Both the position numbers and the translations under genes were made by a program. Of a DNA stretch of 1,456 nucleotides, positions 1 through 1,456 are shown in pieces. The stretch is from the NCBI GenBank assembly GCA_000004985.1, contig GG739417.1; one strand, 5' to 3'. The notes below the pieces were generated by a model that did no database searches, was not told the origin of the DNA, and worked only from the letters and a program-made list of their open reading frames with translations. Each line of letters opens with the position of its first letter. Positions within the stretch are counted from its first letter, which is position 1. Source of the stretch: Naegleria gruberi. Lineage: Eukaryota.

Positions 1-81
1 AACATCAATAACAGATACAATTGAAATTAATCCCCATATATGTAAACCAATCCATATAATAACACTAATATATAATAAATA
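1..81 (-). other. Third hydrophobic, TM-like segment (NYLLYISVIIWIGLHIGGLISIVSVIDV) running off the low-coordinate edge of the window
   Basis: The + sequence here (taa/ata/aat/cca/acc/atg/tat/ccc/tcc...) decodes on the minus strand as an L/Y/I/S/V/W/G-rich run of about 27 aa. It is preceded by the acidic EDESP. Confidence 0.45.
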
Positions 82-1456
82 ATTTGGTGATTCATCTTCT
101 TGTATTGTTGTTGTTGAAGTTGTTGTTGTTGGTATTATATTATTATTAGATCCACTATTATTTAAATTATTATTTATGGAAATTGAATTATTTAATGAAT
201 TTTTTAATTGTTGTTGTAATTGTTGTGGATCAGTTGTAGTTGTTGTTGTAGTTGTTATAGTACTATTATTAGTCATATTATTATTTTTATTTTGAAAATA
301 ATTACTATTATTAATATTTAAATTATTCGAACTTTCCATATTTGTATTTGAATTAACATTTATAGAATTATTTAAAGAATTTCTATTCATTAAATTTGAA
401 TTATAATTTAAAATTTCATTATAATAAAAAACATCATCATCTTTTAAAGGTTCAAATCTAACAGTTGTTCCATTTTCTAAAATTGTTTCTTCTTGTAATT
501 GTTTTTTTTTAAATAATTGTTTTTTTTTAAATAAACTAATTGAATCTTGATGTTCAAATTTGTAAGTATGTTTTTTTAAATTCTTTTTTTCTAATTGTTT
601 TTTATTTTTTTTTAATAATTTAGTTTTTTTAAAACATTTAAAAATCATGAATGAAATTAAAAATAAAGAAAATAATAAACAATTAATAGAATTAGATAAA
701 ATAATAAATTTCATATAATTTTTAGTACATGATATTTCTATTATCATTCCAATAATAAAAATAGTTAAAAATAATAAAAATAAAAAAGTAAATAAAGTAA
801 TAAAAATAGAATGTGCAATAATAGAAGATAACCAATATTGATATCTAAACCATTTCATTGATCTACCTTGATATAAAGTTTGACTTTCATAAACTTGTAC
901 TAAATTTTTAAATCCAACAACTCTATCAAATATTGGATCATCTCTAAATGTTGTTATTGATTTCTCTTCATTCATTTCACTTAAAGATGAATAACTTTTT
1001 AATATTGATTTGGAACTTGAATTCTTTTTTAAATTATTTAAATTATTTAAATTAATATTTAAATTATTATTGTTAGATTTTGAATTATTTAAATTATTAT
1101 TATTATTAGGTAATGATTCTACATTATTTTCATGTATTAAACTACCTTTAGAATTATATCTAACATTTGATACTGTTGTTGTTGTTATTGTATTATTATT
1201 GGATGTATTATTATTTTGATTTTGATTGGAAATAAAAGATTGATTGGTATGTGTTGTTGTAAAACTATTATTATTATTACTACTAATAAAACTCATATTA
1301 TAATTTGTTATATTTGATGTTATTTCATCTAAATGATTATTTAAATTATCATTAATATTATTATTTAATAAATTATTTAATGATTTTTGATTTAAATTAT
1401 TAGTTGAATTATTATTACTATTTTGTATTATATTTGATATTTGTGATGATGTTATT
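1..1456 (-). CDS. Internal fragment of a large N/T/Q/K-rich low-complexity integral membrane protein, open at both ends (no start or stop in window). The minus-strand frame uses + triplets 1-3 ... 1453-1455. I translated this frame by hand (reverse-complement of + triplets starting at positions congruent to 1 mod 3). Reading minus, 1455 down to 1, it gives approximately: ITSSQISNIIQNSNNNSTNNLNQKSLNNLLNNNINDNLNNHLDEITSNITNYNMSFISSNNNNSFTTTHTNQSFISNQNQNNNTSNNNTITTTTVSNVRYNSKGSLIHENNVESLPNNNNNLNNSKSNNNNLNINLNNLNNLKKNSSSKSILKSYSSLSEMNEEKSITTFRDDPIFDRVVGFKNLVQVYESQTLYQGRSMKWFRYQYWLSSIIAHSIFITLFTFLFLLFLTIFIIGMIIEISCTKNYMKFIILSNSINCLLFSLFLISFMIFKCFKKTKLLKKNKKQLEKKNLKKHTYKFEHQDSISLFKKKQLFKKKQLQEETILENGTTVRFEPLKDDDVFYYNEILNYNSNLMNRNSLNNSINVNSNTNMESSNNLNINNSNYFQNKNNMTNNSTITTTTTTTTDPQQLQQQLKNSLNNSISINNLNNSGSNNNIIPTTTTSTTIQEDESPNYLLYISVIIWIGLHIGGLISIVSVIDV
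   Basis: Every occurrence of TTA, CTA or TCA on the + strand (the reverse complements of TAA/TAG/TGA) falls in the other two phases. None starts at a position congruent to 1 mod 3 anywhere in 1-1456. About 485 stop-free codons by chance in DNA this AT-rich is essentially impossible. The + strand itself is riddled with TAA/TGA/TAG. Codon usage is strongly Dictyostelium-like (N=AAT, Q=CAA, T=ACA/ACT, K=AAA, L=TTA, I=ATT). No minus-strand intron donor (acttac on +) is visible, which fits a single exon across the window. Confidence 0.82.
104..130. repeat. (TGT)n microsatellite interrupted by gaag. It encodes poly-Thr (TTTTSTTT) on the minus strand via ACA codons.
   Basis: attgttgttgttgaagttgttgttgttgg: TGT triplets in phase with the minus-strand frame. 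Confidence 0.85.
208..258. repeat. Compound trinucleotide tract: (TTG)n, which is CAA poly-Gln (QQLQQQ), abutting (TGT/AGT)n, which is ACA/ACT poly-Thr (eight T in a row) on the minus strand
   Basis: ttgttgttgtaattgttgtggatcagttgtagttgttgttgtagttgttatag. The triplet phase switches from ttg to tgt at the ggatc junction, giving ...TITTTTTTTTDPQQLQQQLK. Confidence 0.85.
499..534. repeat. Perfect 18-bp tandem duplication, ttgtttttttttaaataa x2 (499-516 and 517-534). It is in frame and encodes LFKKKQ-LFKKKQ on the minus strand.
   Basis: Letter-by-letter comparison: ttg + T9 + aaataa occurs twice, head to tail, with zero mismatches. 18 nt is 6 codons, so the frame is preserved. Confidence 0.9.
631..687 (-). 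other. Predicted transmembrane helix 2 within the minus-strand ORF (INCLLFSLFLISFMIFKCF, about 19 aa), followed at once by a Lys-rich segment
   Basis: A hydrophobic run lying 12-15 residues after TM1, which looks like a helical hairpin. It is followed by KCFKKTKLLKKNKKQLEKKNLKK, a positive-inside style flank. Confidence 0.5.
739..807 (-). other. Predicted transmembrane helix 1 within the minus-strand ORF (IFITLFTFLFLLFLTIFIIGMII, about 23 aa)
   Basis: An uninterrupted run of I/F/L/T/G/M codons (revcomp of aat/aaa/taa/agt/tcc/cat/tat on +). It is flanked by polar or charged residues: WLSSIIAHS upstream and EISCTKNYMK downstream. Confidence 0.6.
1031..1067. repeat. Imperfect 9-bp tandem repeat (aaattattt / aattattta family, about 4 units). 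In frame, it encodes an (N-N-L)n style tract (LNNSKSNNNNLNINLNNLNNL).
   Basis: aaattattt aaattattt aaattaata tttaaattatt: period 9 with 1-2 substitutions per unit. Confidence 0.7.
1093..1107. repeat. (ATT)5 microsatellite, which is (AAT)5 poly-Asn on the coding strand
   Basis: attattattattatt in frame; it translates to NNNNN. Confidence 0.85.
1174..1186. repeat. (TGT)4 microsatellite encoding TTTT on the minus strand. A second short (TGT)3 lies at 1252-1260.
   Basis: tgttgttgttgtt, and later gtgttgttgt. Confidence 0.8.
1264..1284. repeat. act(att)4actact, encoding SSNNNNS on the minus strand
   Basis: actattattattattactact in phase with the ORF. Confidence 0.8.

Noticed and set aside
562-567. 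A perfect Dictyostelium-style 5' splice donor, GTAAGT, on the plus strand
   Set aside because: The plus strand is not coding here. On the coding minus strand this reads ACTTAC, which lies in frame as ...K-Y-T-H..., so no intron is implied. No minus-strand GT...AG intron signature (acttac ... ct on +) is present.
480-640. AT-rich and T-homopolymer-rich stretch that superficially looks like an intron or intergenic spacer separating two genes
   Set aside because: It is open in exactly the same minus-strand phase as both flanks and translates to a coherent Lys-rich segment. I first misread a TTA at 638-640 as an in-frame stop that would split the window into two genes. On recounting, it starts at a position congruent to 2 mod 3, so it is out of frame. 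The in-frame triplet 637-639 is ttt, which is AAA Lys.
1010-1219. The 69-aa plus-strand ORF from the provided track (MELEFFFKLFKLFKLIFKLLLLDFELFKLLLLLGNDSTLF...)
   Set aside because: It lies antisense to a stop-free 485-codon minus-strand ORF. Its composition (F/K/L repeats) is exactly what reading AAT/AAA/TTA-rich coding DNA backwards produces. The plus strand elsewhere is saturated with stops. It is short enough to arise by chance opposite a real gene.
1-1456. A prokaryotic interpretation: operon, defence island, CRISPR or mobile element, as hinted by the task framing
   Set aside because: No spacer-repeat architecture, no inverted terminal repeats and no short tightly packed ORFs are present. 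Composition, codon usage, trinucleotide poly-amino-acid tracts and a single long low-complexity ORF are characteristic of a dictyostelid nuclear gene, so no multi-gene system can be supported from this window.
1-1456. Plasmodium falciparum as the source instead of Dictyostelium
   Set aside because: Both are about 80% AT with N/K-rich proteins. Repeated CAA poly-Gln and ACA poly-Thr microsatellites (tgttgttgtt on the antisense strand) are much more typical of Dictyostelium. I cannot exclude Plasmodium without a database search, so the organism call is moderate confidence only.

Overview
The window is extremely AT-rich, roughly 80-85% A+T by eye. Its codon style is that of a dictyostelid (Dictyostelium-like) nuclear gene: AAT for Asn, CAA for Gln, ACA/ACT for Thr, AAA for Lys, TTA for Leu. 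P. falciparum is a weaker alternative, because poly-Q written as CAA and poly-T written as ACA are far more typical of Dictyostelium. The whole window appears to be an internal piece of one long protein-coding ORF on the MINUS strand. Codons lie on + coordinates 1-3, 4-6, ... 1453-1455, giving 485 sense codons with no in-frame stop anywhere in the window. The supplied ORF track does not show it, presumably because no ATG-to-stop pair falls inside the window. The encoded fragment is a mosaic. It has N/T/Q/S-rich low-complexity tracts from codon-pure trinucleotide microsatellites, and a non-repetitive W/Y/R-rich island. It has two closely spaced predicted transmembrane helices followed by a lysine-rich juxtamembrane segment. 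That lysine-rich segment contains a perfect 18-bp in-frame tandem duplication and several A9 homopolymer runs. It also has a short acidic structured motif, and a third hydrophobic (TM-like) segment at the low-coordinate edge. I find no evidence for RNA genes, mobile elements, CRISPR, or a multi-gene system. This reads as a single-exon stretch of one eukaryotic membrane protein with prion-like low-complexity regions. The only plus-strand ORF in the track (1010-1219) is almost certainly an antisense artefact.
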